A stretch of 36,995 bases of DNA from Desulfobulbaceae bacterium. Its GTDB lineage: Bacteria > Desulfobacterota > Desulfobulbia > Desulfobulbales > Desulfocapsaceae. The position numbers were made by a program, and so were the translations under genes. Shown here piece by piece: positions 18,416 through 25,887 of the stretch. How positions within the stretch are numbered: the first letter of the stretch is position 1; each line of letters begins with the position of its first letter. The stretch spans positions 1-36,995 of the forward strand of contig JANMTN010000326.1 of the NCBI GenBank assembly GCA_031390685.1, given 5' to 3'. The notes below the pieces were generated by a model. It was given only the letters and a program-made list of their open reading frames with translations, did no database searches and had not been told where the DNA came from.

Positions 18416-19257
18416 GGCTTTTCCTGATTATTATTGGTGTTGGGTGGATAGTTCTTGGGTGGAAAAAATTTCTGGTTGCGACGTTGAGGCTGGGTTTTAT
18501 CGACCTCTGTTGCATTGGGCTCTACTGTGTTATTGAGTAACGGTTGTGCCGGTTCTGGAACTTCCGTGGTTTTTATGGGTTCTGCTGGTTCTGGAACCTC
18601 TGTGGTTATTATGGGTGCAGGTTCTGCAACCTCTGTGGTTATTATGGGTTCAGGTTCTACCACATCTTCTGCAGGTATCTCAGGGAAAGACCCCTGTCCC
18701 ATCTCCGGTGGCATCGGCGAGGAGAGATTAGGGCTTGTCACACCACTGGGATTTGTCTTCGGAGTTTCCGGAACAAGAATCTCATCTTTACCGTTTACAT
18801 TGAGGATAATTTTGCCGCGCTGAATCTCTTTGATAAGAGCGCCTTGTACCGTATCACCTTGGTAATAGATACTCTGTACCTTCTTTTTTTTGTCAAGAAT
18901 AATGGCGCGGCGGTTATTGGGCAGCCCGGTAATGGTGCCTACCAGGCTCAGCTCAAGTGCCGTAGCTGCAAGCTTGTCAGGGGCAGGTTGCTCTGTTTTC
19001 TGAACATTGGCTCCTTTCGGAGGAGTGCCAAAGAGATTCCGCTTGAGAATTATCTGGGGGTCTGGACGTTTCTTCTGCTCGCTTTTGACCGGGGCGGCAA
19101 TTTTTGTTCCTGCATCTTGAGCCTTTGATTCCCTGCTTGTTTGCATGAACCGGGTAAAAGGAATCATGTAGAATATTTCAACCCCACCTATCGCCAGTAT
19201 GGTGATAATGATAAAAGGGATTACTTTTTTGAAATGATTCATCATTATCTCAGCCAT
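18412..19257 (-). CDS. gspC: GspC-like inner-membrane component (HR-like domain, EP-rich repeat tail, no PDZ)
   Basis: Start taken as ATG 19257 (1 nt after the gspN stop; alternatives 19245/19242). TM VIPFIIITILAIGGVEIF. HR-like segment LELSLVGTITG..AIILDKKKKVQSIYYQGDTVQGALIKEIQRGKIILNVNGKDEIL. ATGA overlap with gspD. Confidence 0.55.
   Translation of the reverse strand: MAEIMMNHFKKVIPFIIITILAIGGVEIFYMIPFTRFMQTSRESKAQDAGTKIAAPVKSEQKKRPDPQIILKRNLFGTPPKGANVQKTEQPAPDKLAATALELSLVGTITGLPNNRRAIILDKKKKVQSIYYQGDTVQGALIKEIQRGKIILNVNGKDEILVPETPKTNPSGVTSPNLSSPMPPEMGQGSFPEIPAEDVVEPEPIITTEVAEPAPIITTEVPEPAEPIKTTEVPEPAQPLLNNTVEPNATEVDKTQPQRRNQKFFPPKNYPPNTNNNQEKP
18551..18675. repeat. Tandem 33-36-nt coding repeat (~3.5 copies) in the gspC-like 3' region
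   Basis: GGTTCTGGAACYTCYGTGGTTWTTATGGGT... units at 18551-18586, 18587-18619, 18620-18652 and a partial fourth. On the minus strand they encode VVEPEPIITTEVAEPAPIITTEVPEPAEPIKTTEVPEPAQP. Confidence 0.9.
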
Positions 19258-19258
19258 G

Positions 19259-20149
19259 TCAAGAATCAAACCGAAAGACAGGTGTACCGACCGTCCCTTG
19301 CAGTTGAAAGGGAAGGGTCGCATGATTCTTTTGTAACTGTTGCAATAATGGCTGGGCCTGTCCGCCCTTTTTGATCAGGGCAGGCAGAGGGGCCAGGGCG
19401 CCTGTCAAGTCAAGTTGCATGGCAGCAAGGCTTACGCCCGGAGAATTAATATGACCGGAAAAGGTTCCCTCCAGCTCTTTGCCGCTGAATTTCCCCTTGG
19501 TCAGCAGCATCTTCTGCTCTTGCAGCTTGATGAGCACCTCACCATTCTCGACATCAATGTTTTTCAGAGAAAAAATAGGATAGAGTAATTCGAATGTTCC
19601 GTTTTTGATGAAGGCAGCGCCCTGCCCTGTTCCCTTCGATATGTCCTGGCCACTTTGCCCTGAATAGCTGCCATGGGCCGCGAGCAGACCGGTTATGGCG
19701 CGTCCGGTCTGAGCCTGTAGCCCGGACAGTTTGGCCAGGTCCAGTCCATTGATCTCTATTTTTGACAGAATAAAGGTGTTGCGGCCACGATCAAGTGCCA
19801 GGATAGCCTGGTGAGTTCCTCCATAAGCAGTGACGGCGACGGAAAAGGTCTTTCCTCGACCACGGAGACTGGGGGTAAGAGTAACTTTTTGGATGTCGAT
19901 GACTTCCTTTGCTGCCTGATTATTGGCTTGCAGGCGCAGGTTACCGGCCACCAGGGTGAATGGAAACTGATACCTCAACGACTCGATTGAGCTCTCATAA
20001 CCAGAGAGGTGTTGGCTGATAACCTGAGTGCAGAAGATCTTGAATTTTTGCGCCGGAAACCGGAGATAGAGCAAAGCCGCGACCAGCAACAGGGCATAAA
20101 TGCCATAGAGCCACCAGCGCCAGAAGGTATTTTGGAAAAAGGTCATCAT
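19259..20149 (-). CDS. gspN: GspN-like bitopic protein
   Basis: 296 aa. Single N-terminal TM (WWLYGIYALLLVAALLYL). Located directly after gspM with a 1-nt overlap (TGATG). The assignment is mainly by position and topology. Confidence 0.5.
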   Translation of the reverse strand: MMTFFQNTFWRWWLYGIYALLLVAALLYLRFPAQKFKIFCTQVISQHLSGYESSIESLRYQFPFTLVAGNLRLQANNQAAKEVIDIQKVTLTPSLRGRGKTFSVAVTAYGGTHQAILALDRGRNTFILSKIEINGLDLAKLSGLQAQTGRAITGLLAAHGSYSGQSGQDISKGTGQGAAFIKNGTFELLYPIFSLKNIDVENGEVLIKLQEQKMLLTKGKFSGKELEGTFSGHINSPGVSLAAMQLDLTGALAPLPALIKKGGQAQPLLQQLQKNHATLPFQLQGTVGTPVFRFDS

Positions 20150-20730
20150 CAGGATTTTTTTGTAAATGTTATAATCTGCATCACCACATCCAACAAGCCT
20201 TCTTCTTTACTGTTTTCCTGGATCGAGATCCGTTTGATTGCAACGACATCTTCTGTTGATTCAATCTGCTGTAAAAAATCCACCAATTGCTGCAGAGATA
20301 TCTTCTCAAGTTTGAGATCAACCCGGGACTCCTGCAGCGGGCCTTCACCCTCGGAGGTTGAAGGAGTCATGGAGTTGATCTGTTGCTTGACTTTGGCCTT
20401 AGTGGCGCGCTCTTCAATGAAAGAAAAGAGGGTGAAAGAGGGGCTCCTTTTTTGCAGCCTGTTCTGGATATTCACCGCCTGGTTCTGGAGTTGACGGTAC
20501 TCTTCCTGGAGTTGACGAATCTTCTTGATATCCTCTTTTTTTTGGACCAATGCCTTCTGGGTCTGCTGCCGAGCCTGGAGCAGGGGAGAGACGGTCAAGT
20601 AAAACAAGGCAAAACAAACGAGAATGATAGCTCCGGCCACAACAACGCGCTGTTCACGTTTTTCCAGTTTATTAAAGCCGGTCTTACCCAGAGCCTTCTG
20701 GACGGCATCGCGAAAGATCAGGACTGTCAT
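20149..20730 (-). CDS. gspM: Type II secretion protein GspM
   Basis: 193 aa. Short cytoplasmic N-terminus, TM VVVAGAIILVCFALFYLTV, coiled-coil, then a periplasmic domain. 3-nt gap after gspL. Confidence 0.6.
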   Translation of the reverse strand: MTVLIFRDAVQKALGKTGFNKLEKREQRVVVAGAIILVCFALFYLTVSPLLQARQQTQKALVQKKEDIKKIRQLQEEYRQLQNQAVNIQNRLQKRSPSFTLFSFIEERATKAKVKQQINSMTPSTSEGEGPLQESRVDLKLEKISLQQLVDFLQQIESTEDVVAIKRISIQENSKEEGLLDVVMQIITFTKKS

Positions 20731-20733
20731 GGG

Positions 20734-22242
20734 TTATACGCCTTTCATGGTCAGTTTCAGCTCAAACCGGATCTTTGAACTTTTGGCATCAAGATTGGCC
20801 GCGCTGATTTCAATATTGCTGAAAGCGGGAGATTGCGCCAGCCCTTTCTTGATTGCGTCCACGGTGTTGAATGTATCAGTGTTGCCCTTAAGACGCAACC
20901 CATTGTCATCCACGACAAAACGTTCCAGACGGACATCCAGCGTTTCAGGGATGTTTGCCGATATTTCGGCAAGGATCTCGAGGATGGTCATTGTTGGCAA
21001 GGTGCCATCCTTGTCCATGGTGGCCGGCCTGGTCTCACGAATCTTGACCTGAAGCTGCTGGAGGGGATCGACAATTCGGGTTATTTCCGGCAAGGTTTCC
21101 GTAAATACCGCATGGATCTGGGCGTTGAGTTCGTTCTGTTTTTTGAGAAGCCTGGTATAATCAACCCAGAGGTAGAGGATTGACAGCAGAACAACTGATA
21201 TTAGAGGCAGAACAATTGCAAATGCCAGTGTTCTGCTGGCGATGAATGACTTTCTGGTGGCAAAGGCCTCTTTACGAAAGTTGAAGCCCTTCCAGTTTTT
21301 TGTAATCTGCCAGCCCAGATTCACCGAATCTTCCATAATGCCAGACAACCATTTTTCGTCTTGAGTTGGCATGAATGCCGGCACCAGGCCGTCCATGGCC
21401 GTCGGGACGTCACTTACCAGGGAGCAGCTCTGACAGATACCCCCCAGTCCGGCTTGGATGCGGTCTGCTGTCCCTGGCAAGGTACCAACAGGCCCGCTCA
21501 GATAAACAGCAAGCTCACGGGCGTGGAATGCTGACTGCAGGGTCTGTTGAATGACGACGCACAATAGCTGGAAGGTGTTCTCAATATTTTCTGGTCGAAA
21601 AACCATGACACTCCTGCTGTCCAAATCGACATGGAAGCCAGCCTGAAGACCTGGGTCAAATACAAGCGGACGGATCAGGCAGATATGACCCGAACGGACA
21701 AGGATACATGTTGCCCGTTGCAGATCAAGAGTAAGGAGTAGAAAATCTGCAGGAATATCAGGGGCATGAGTCAGGCGCAGGGCAGTCGGGACGCCGGAGA
21801 TAGTCACCGTTTCCGGATCAATTCCCAGCGCCTGCAAGGCTGCAAGTCGCGTTGCCAGAAGATCCCGATCAATCATGGCGGCAATAACCTGACTTTTTTC
21901 TTTCCCTTCCCTTGCAATCATTGCGTCAATGAGAAGTCGATCTATTTTTACCGGAGTATTTTCTTCCAGCTCAAAGGGCAGGATCTTGTTGATGGTTTTC
22001 GTGTCGGTAAACGGCAGCAAGAGATTGCGATAAAAAAAAGTCTCCGCCTCAAGGGCAATATGACAGGATGTCTCTTGACAATCAATCTTTTGGCTCAGTT
22101 CCATCAATGCCTCTTCAAGGGGACGGGCGGCAACTGTCACCATCGTATGGTCGATGACATGCATTGCTCTGGCGTCAACAGTGAAGACGATTGCGGTGAG
22201 CAAGTCGTGTTTGATGTCAATGGCAAGAAATTTACTACTCAT
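20734..22242 (-). CDS. gspL: Type II secretion protein GspL (PilM-like cytoplasmic domain + TM + PilN/GspL-like periplasmic domain)
   Basis: 502 aa. Actin-like N-terminal domain (FLAIDIKHDLLTAIVF...), TM LAFAIVLPLISVVLLSILYLWV, C-terminal periplasmic domain. Confidence 0.65.
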   Translation of the reverse strand: MSSKFLAIDIKHDLLTAIVFTVDARAMHVIDHTMVTVAARPLEEALMELSQKIDCQETSCHIALEAETFFYRNLLLPFTDTKTINKILPFELEENTPVKIDRLLIDAMIAREGKEKSQVIAAMIDRDLLATRLAALQALGIDPETVTISGVPTALRLTHAPDIPADFLLLTLDLQRATCILVRSGHICLIRPLVFDPGLQAGFHVDLDSRSVMVFRPENIENTFQLLCVVIQQTLQSAFHARELAVYLSGPVGTLPGTADRIQAGLGGICQSCSLVSDVPTAMDGLVPAFMPTQDEKWLSGIMEDSVNLGWQITKNWKGFNFRKEAFATRKSFIASRTLAFAIVLPLISVVLLSILYLWVDYTRLLKKQNELNAQIHAVFTETLPEITRIVDPLQQLQVKIRETRPATMDKDGTLPTMTILEILAEISANIPETLDVRLERFVVDDNGLRLKGNTDTFNTVDAIKKGLAQSPAFSNIEISAANLDAKSSKIRFELKLTMKGV

Positions 22243-22245
22243 TGG

Positions 22246-23292
22246 TTATTCAATCTTCCAGCTCAAGAGAGTTGTCTTCTGATTCTCCCGCTGCACGGTG
22301 GCCACGATATTTTGTTCCGTGGAATCCAGTTGGGCAAGCGAAAAAATGGTAAATGAATGACTTGTTACTGTTATGTCCTTTAACGCATTTTGTCCGGTAA
22401 AGAAAGGAAGGACCTCAGCAACCCATGTTGTTGAGGCCAGTTTGTCTCTATTATTTTTATCTGCTCTGAACATCTGCATGTCTTCAGCCATTTCCTTGGT
22501 CATATCTTCATGCAATGCCTGGAGCAGAAGAAGATCGGCGGTATTGATGTTTATCTGTCCATTATTACCCTGGGTGGTCAGCAACACGGCCAGACCCGGA
22601 TGTTTTTCCGTGCCAAAGAGCAGTTCGGGGGTGAATCCTTTCACCAGAAGGAGCTCCTCAATGAATTCAACCAGTCCATTTTTGCAGGCGTAGGGCGTAT
22701 CCAGGGCCAGATAGTAACTGGACTCAGCGCCAAATTCCTCTTCCCCGTCGCCATCGTCGGTATCAATCCAGTCGATGAGCGAATCAATAATGGTTCGGGC
22801 AGCACTGTCTTCCAGATTAAAAGGTTCCTGGCGGAGTAATCGCCACAGGATATTGCGGGCACCCTGTTCCTGCGCAATCACCTGTTCTGGACTTTTACCT
22901 TCCGGTTGCTGGTTTTTACTGTGGACAAGACTGTTGATCTGGAATTTTCCACTGTTGTCGCTGACTTTGATAGTCAGCAAACCAGCGTCAAAAAGTTGGG
23001 ACAGATCTTCGTCGGCCAAAAGTGCCCATGAATCCTGGAGCGAATCGTGCTCATTGTCTTTTGCGTCTTTGAGCAGGACGGCCATGGCCAGATTGACTCC
23101 GGAGTTGGCCATGACCTCCAGTTTACCCCTGTTGCTCTGGATTCCCGAGGCCAGAAGATTCTGGCGCATATTTTTATTGAATTGGATAGTAAGGGTAACA
23201 ATCAGACTGATAACAGTCAAGGCAATCAGCAGGGCCATGCCTCGCTTGTTTTTTAAGGGAGATAACGCAGAGAAGAGAGAAAAGGAAGGCAT
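22246..23292 (-). CDS. gspK: Minor pseudopilin GspK
   Basis: 349 aa from ATG 23292 (1 nt after the gspJ stop). KNKRGMALLIALTVISLIVTL N-terminus without Glu5. ININTADLLLLQAL helix-hairpin-helix-like motif characteristic of GspK. Confidence 0.75.
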   Translation of the reverse strand: MPSFSLFSALSPLKNKRGMALLIALTVISLIVTLTIQFNKNMRQNLLASGIQSNRGKLEVMANSGVNLAMAVLLKDAKDNEHDSLQDSWALLADEDLSQLFDAGLLTIKVSDNSGKFQINSLVHSKNQQPEGKSPEQVIAQEQGARNILWRLLRQEPFNLEDSAARTIIDSLIDWIDTDDGDGEEEFGAESSYYLALDTPYACKNGLVEFIEELLLVKGFTPELLFGTEKHPGLAVLLTTQGNNGQININTADLLLLQALHEDMTKEMAEDMQMFRADKNNRDKLASTTWVAEVLPFFTGQNALKDITVTSHSFTIFSLAQLDSTEQNIVATVQRENQKTTLLSWKIE

Positions 23293-23293
23293 C

Positions 23294-23971
23294 TTATGGT
23301 GTTTCTCCGATTGGATCGATGCCAGGAAAAGTAACTGCCGTTGTAAACAAGATGGTTTTGTCGGCGGTGACCGGATCAATAAAGAGAAGGTTGATCTCAA
23401 TCCATTCCGGCAGCTTGCGCGCCTTGGTATCGGCCTTCTCGATCTCTTTGCTGTCCCAGTTGTCCTGCTGTTCCAGTTTGTTCCTGTGATAGATAAATTT
23501 GACTTCCTGCAAGCCATCGCAGAGGAGCAATCCTTTATTTGTATCTGGTTCTTCGCTCTCTACGGGGCGAAAGGCCACGTCCCGACGAAAGAGACGCAAG
23601 CCCTTGGTCTCGGGATCTTCTTCTACGGTATAACTTATGGTCGCGTATCCGGCTGCTTGTTCCTGCCTGTTCAAGACAAGATGGGCGGTGGATGTGAACC
23701 GTATTGTATCTGCCTCTCTGTTACCAAGATTTTGTGGTTTTCCTTGGAGAAAACCGCTTGTCCCCAGATACAGGGAGCCAAGATCGCTGCTTAACCGATC
23801 TATGGCAATGCGGCCCTTATTGTATATCTCCGTCTGTGATTCGGTACTGTCAATAATGCGAAAGGTGGCCCGATATGAGCCATATGACAGAGAAATGACA
23901 ATAGCAAAAATAGAAATCGCCATCAGGATTTCAAGAAGGGTGAATCCGCTGCTTCGGTGCGATCTTTTCAT
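23294..23971 (-). CDS. gspJ: Minor pseudopilin GspJ
   Basis: Prepilin signal MKRSHRSSG|FTLLEILMAISIFAIV from ATG 23971. A TTG at 24040 would add 23 codons. Confidence 0.7.
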   Translation of the reverse strand: MKRSHRSSGFTLLEILMAISIFAIVISLSYGSYRATFRIIDSTESQTEIYNKGRIAIDRLSSDLGSLYLGTSGFLQGKPQNLGNREADTIRFTSTAHLVLNRQEQAAGYATISYTVEEDPETKGLRLFRRDVAFRPVESEEPDTNKGLLLCDGLQEVKFIYHRNKLEQQDNWDSKEIEKADTKARKLPEWIEINLLFIDPVTADKTILFTTAVTFPGIDPIGETP

Positions 23972-24043
23972 CTGGGTAATAAAACCGGCATAAGAAGCCG
24001 TAACGAAATGAATAAAAATGTAATGGCTCTTTCGTAGCAAATC

Positions 24044-24511
24044 CTAACGCGCCGTATTTTTGAGTAGATAGCTTTGAATCTCATATACATAACGATTGTC
24101 GCCCCAAGAAACGGTCAGGGAAAGCCGTTGGAGCGTGTCTTCCAGTTTGCTCAGTATTTCTGATGACTCCAGATTGGCATCTTCTGTCTCCATTTTCCAT
24201 TGATACCCTGGAAATTCATCGCCAAAATCACCACTATCGGAGGTTGGTCTTTCGGTGGTTCTGGTAAATTCTGCCAGTTTCAGTTGAGCCAGGAGTGGTG
24301 CCTGGGTGTTGAACTTGGTGATCGAGCCCAGGGAGACGCTTTGCGACTGGGAACCAAACAGGGTGGTCAAAGAAATGGCGAGCAGGGAAATGGCAATCAT
24401 GACTTCAAGCAGGGTGAATCCACCATTGCCAAGAGAAGATAAACAATGCTTGTGCGCAAGCCCGGGCCCCCAAGAGAGATGATTTTTACTCCAGACTGAT
24501 ATAAGTATCAT
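24044..24511 (-). CDS. gspI: Minor pseudopilin GspI
   Basis: GNGG|FTLLEVMIAISLLAISL prepilin motif. The only canonical start is ATG 24511, which gives a 31-aa leader and a 26-nt overlap with the gspH 3' end. Confidence 0.65.
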   Translation of the reverse strand: MILISVWSKNHLSWGPGLAHKHCLSSLGNGGFTLLEVMIAISLLAISLTTLFGSQSQSVSLGSITKFNTQAPLLAQLKLAEFTRTTERPTSDSGDFGDEFPGYQWKMETEDANLESSEILSKLEDTLQRLSLTVSWGDNRYVYEIQSYLLKNTAR

Positions 24512-25076
24512 AGGCCTTTATGGTGCTGAAGAAAGGGGAAAGGACAAGACTGATGATATTGTCCTGGTCGTCGGCCAGATGGAGGATGGTCTGCTCCATA
24601 TATCCCTGTCTGTTGACCCAGAGGGTGACTTCTCCAGACGTTTTCTTTTCCGCCGTTCCGATCTGGAGATCCTGGATGCGAACAGACTCGGGAAACTGAA
24701 TGCTGGGGTAAGGACTGTCTTGCTTGTTTTCTTCCTTTAATGCGGGCACATCCTCTTGGTACCATATTTTTTTCCGGTCAAGATCAAAAGAGATCAGGTA
24801 GGGTCGCTGCTTTTGCGCGGCCAGGTTGCGGACCTCTTTGATCAAGGCTATGACCTTTCGGGAATTGGCGGCAAGCTGATCAATAACCAGGGCCTGACGG
24901 AGATTAGGGACACTGAATGCCAGGCTGACAGTAATCAGCAGGCAGACGATAATCAGCTCCAGCAGGGTAAAGCCCTGTTGGTTTGCAAAGCGGCCCTGCG
25001 GAACAGGGGTATATGCAGGCACGGACATATTTTGAGGACACATTGACGTGATAGTTGCACAATTTGAACGATTCAT
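24486..25076 (-). CDS. gspH: Minor pseudopilin GspH
   Basis: NQQG|FTLLELIIVCLLITVSLAF prepilin motif. Start at ATG 25076, or internal ATGs at 25043 and 25028. The leader is at least 22 aa in every case. Confidence 0.6.
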   Translation of the reverse strand: MNRSNCATITSMCPQNMSVPAYTPVPQGRFANQQGFTLLELIIVCLLITVSLAFSVPNLRQALVIDQLAANSRKVIALIKEVRNLAAQKQRPYLISFDLDRKKIWYQEDVPALKEENKQDSPYPSIQFPESVRIQDLQIGTAEKKTSGEVTLWVNRQGYMEQTILHLADDQDNIISLVLSPFFSTIKAYDTYISLE

Positions 25077-25097
25077 CTCAATTGTACAACCATCATG

Positions 25098-25586
25098 TTA
25101 TTCAGTTGCCCAGTTGGTGATATCGACGTCATCCCCTTCTCCACCGGCCTGGCCATCACTACCATACGAGATAATATCAAAGTCACTGTGAGTTCCGGGG
25201 CTGAGATAGATGTAGTCGTTGCCCCATGGGTCTTTAGGAACTTTTCCTTTGGCAATATAGCCACCCGTGCGCCATTTTGCCGGAAGTCTGCCGGTGGCTG
25301 GGGCCTCAACCAGGGCTTGCAGCCCTTGTTCGGTGGAGGGATAAACGCCGTTGTCGAGCTTATATGATTCAATGGCTGTTTCCAGGCTGGTGATTTGCAC
25401 AGCAGCCATGGTGCGTTTGGCCTCTTCCGGGTGACCCATGATCTTTGGCCCGACATATCCAGCCAGAATGCCGATGATGATAAGGACAACCAGCAGTTCA
25501 ATGAGGGTAAAGCCATGATTGGCGCGAATCAGATGAGCAGCTCTTGGGCAGGAACCATGTTTTGTGTGCATTGATGAGAAATTCAT
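25098..25586 (-). CDS. gspG: Major pseudopilin GspG
   Basis: From ATG 25586 (or 25571). ANHG|FTLIELLVVLIIIGILAGYVGPKIMG, YKLDNGVYPSTEQGLQALV, DPWGNDYIY, acidic C-terminal loop SYGSDGQAGGEGDDVDI. All are typical GspG hallmarks. Confidence 0.88.
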   Translation of the reverse strand: MNFSSMHTKHGSCPRAAHLIRANHGFTLIELLVVLIIIGILAGYVGPKIMGHPEEAKRTMAAVQITSLETAIESYKLDNGVYPSTEQGLQALVEAPATGRLPAKWRTGGYIAKGKVPKDPWGNDYIYLSPGTHSDFDIISYGSDGQAGGEGDDVDITNWATE

Positions 25587-25611
25587 GATTATAGATAATA
25601 GATAAATAAAT

Positions 25612-25640
25612 GAAAGAAAAAGGACAGGCAAGGCCTGTTC
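25612..25640 (-). terminator. Terminator-like hairpin plus U-run inside the gspG 5' leader (possible attenuator)
   Basis: Minus-strand RNA GAACAGGC-CUU-GCCUGUCC followed by UUUUUCUUUC. It ends about 25 nt upstream of the gspG ATG. The stem is short (6 contiguous bp). Confidence 0.3.
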
Positions 25641-25887
25641 AGGTTTATATATGATAGAATACACAGTTTCAAGATATTTGGGTATCTGAAAAAGGTATCG
25701 GCTTATTATTTTCCAGAACGGGAAAAAACATATCGGCAATGAGATACTTGAGAACTATGCCAAGACAGTATATATAATAAAAGAACTGTTTATTGATCGC
25801 CATGTTGGATATATCTGACTTGGCAAGACTTGTCGGCTTGACACCCCGATTTTCTGATTTATTCCCGTTGGAAGGAGTAGAATAATT

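Noticed and set aside
16262-19128. Multiple 100-240-aa + strand ORFs inside gspD and the gspC-like gene (e.g. 16262-16996, 17456-18088, 18544-19128)
   Set aside because: All lie fully within well-supported minus-strand genes. They have low-complexity Gly/Arg-rich translations and no RBS or known domains, so they are shadow ORFs.
23293-23517. 75-codon Arg-rich extension of gspK; similar 5' extensions of gspG (25587-25739), gspJ (23972-24040), the cNMP gene (27680-27769, TTG) and recA (33343-33381, TTG)
   Set aside because: The extensions overlap upstream genes or intergenic repeats and lack family-typical sequence. Internal ATGs sit next to upstream stop codons or good RBSs and give canonical N-termini.
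25740-25887. Expected TPP (THI-box) riboswitch upstream of thiC
   Set aside because: Only fragmentary resemblance was found (GGCAATGAGATAC..., TATGCCAAG). I found no CUGAGA plus ACCUGAUCUGGAUAAUGCCAGCG-type core on the + strand. I cannot call it by eye. A cmscan with RF00059 would decide. If the riboswitch is truly absent, that would itself be mildly unusual.
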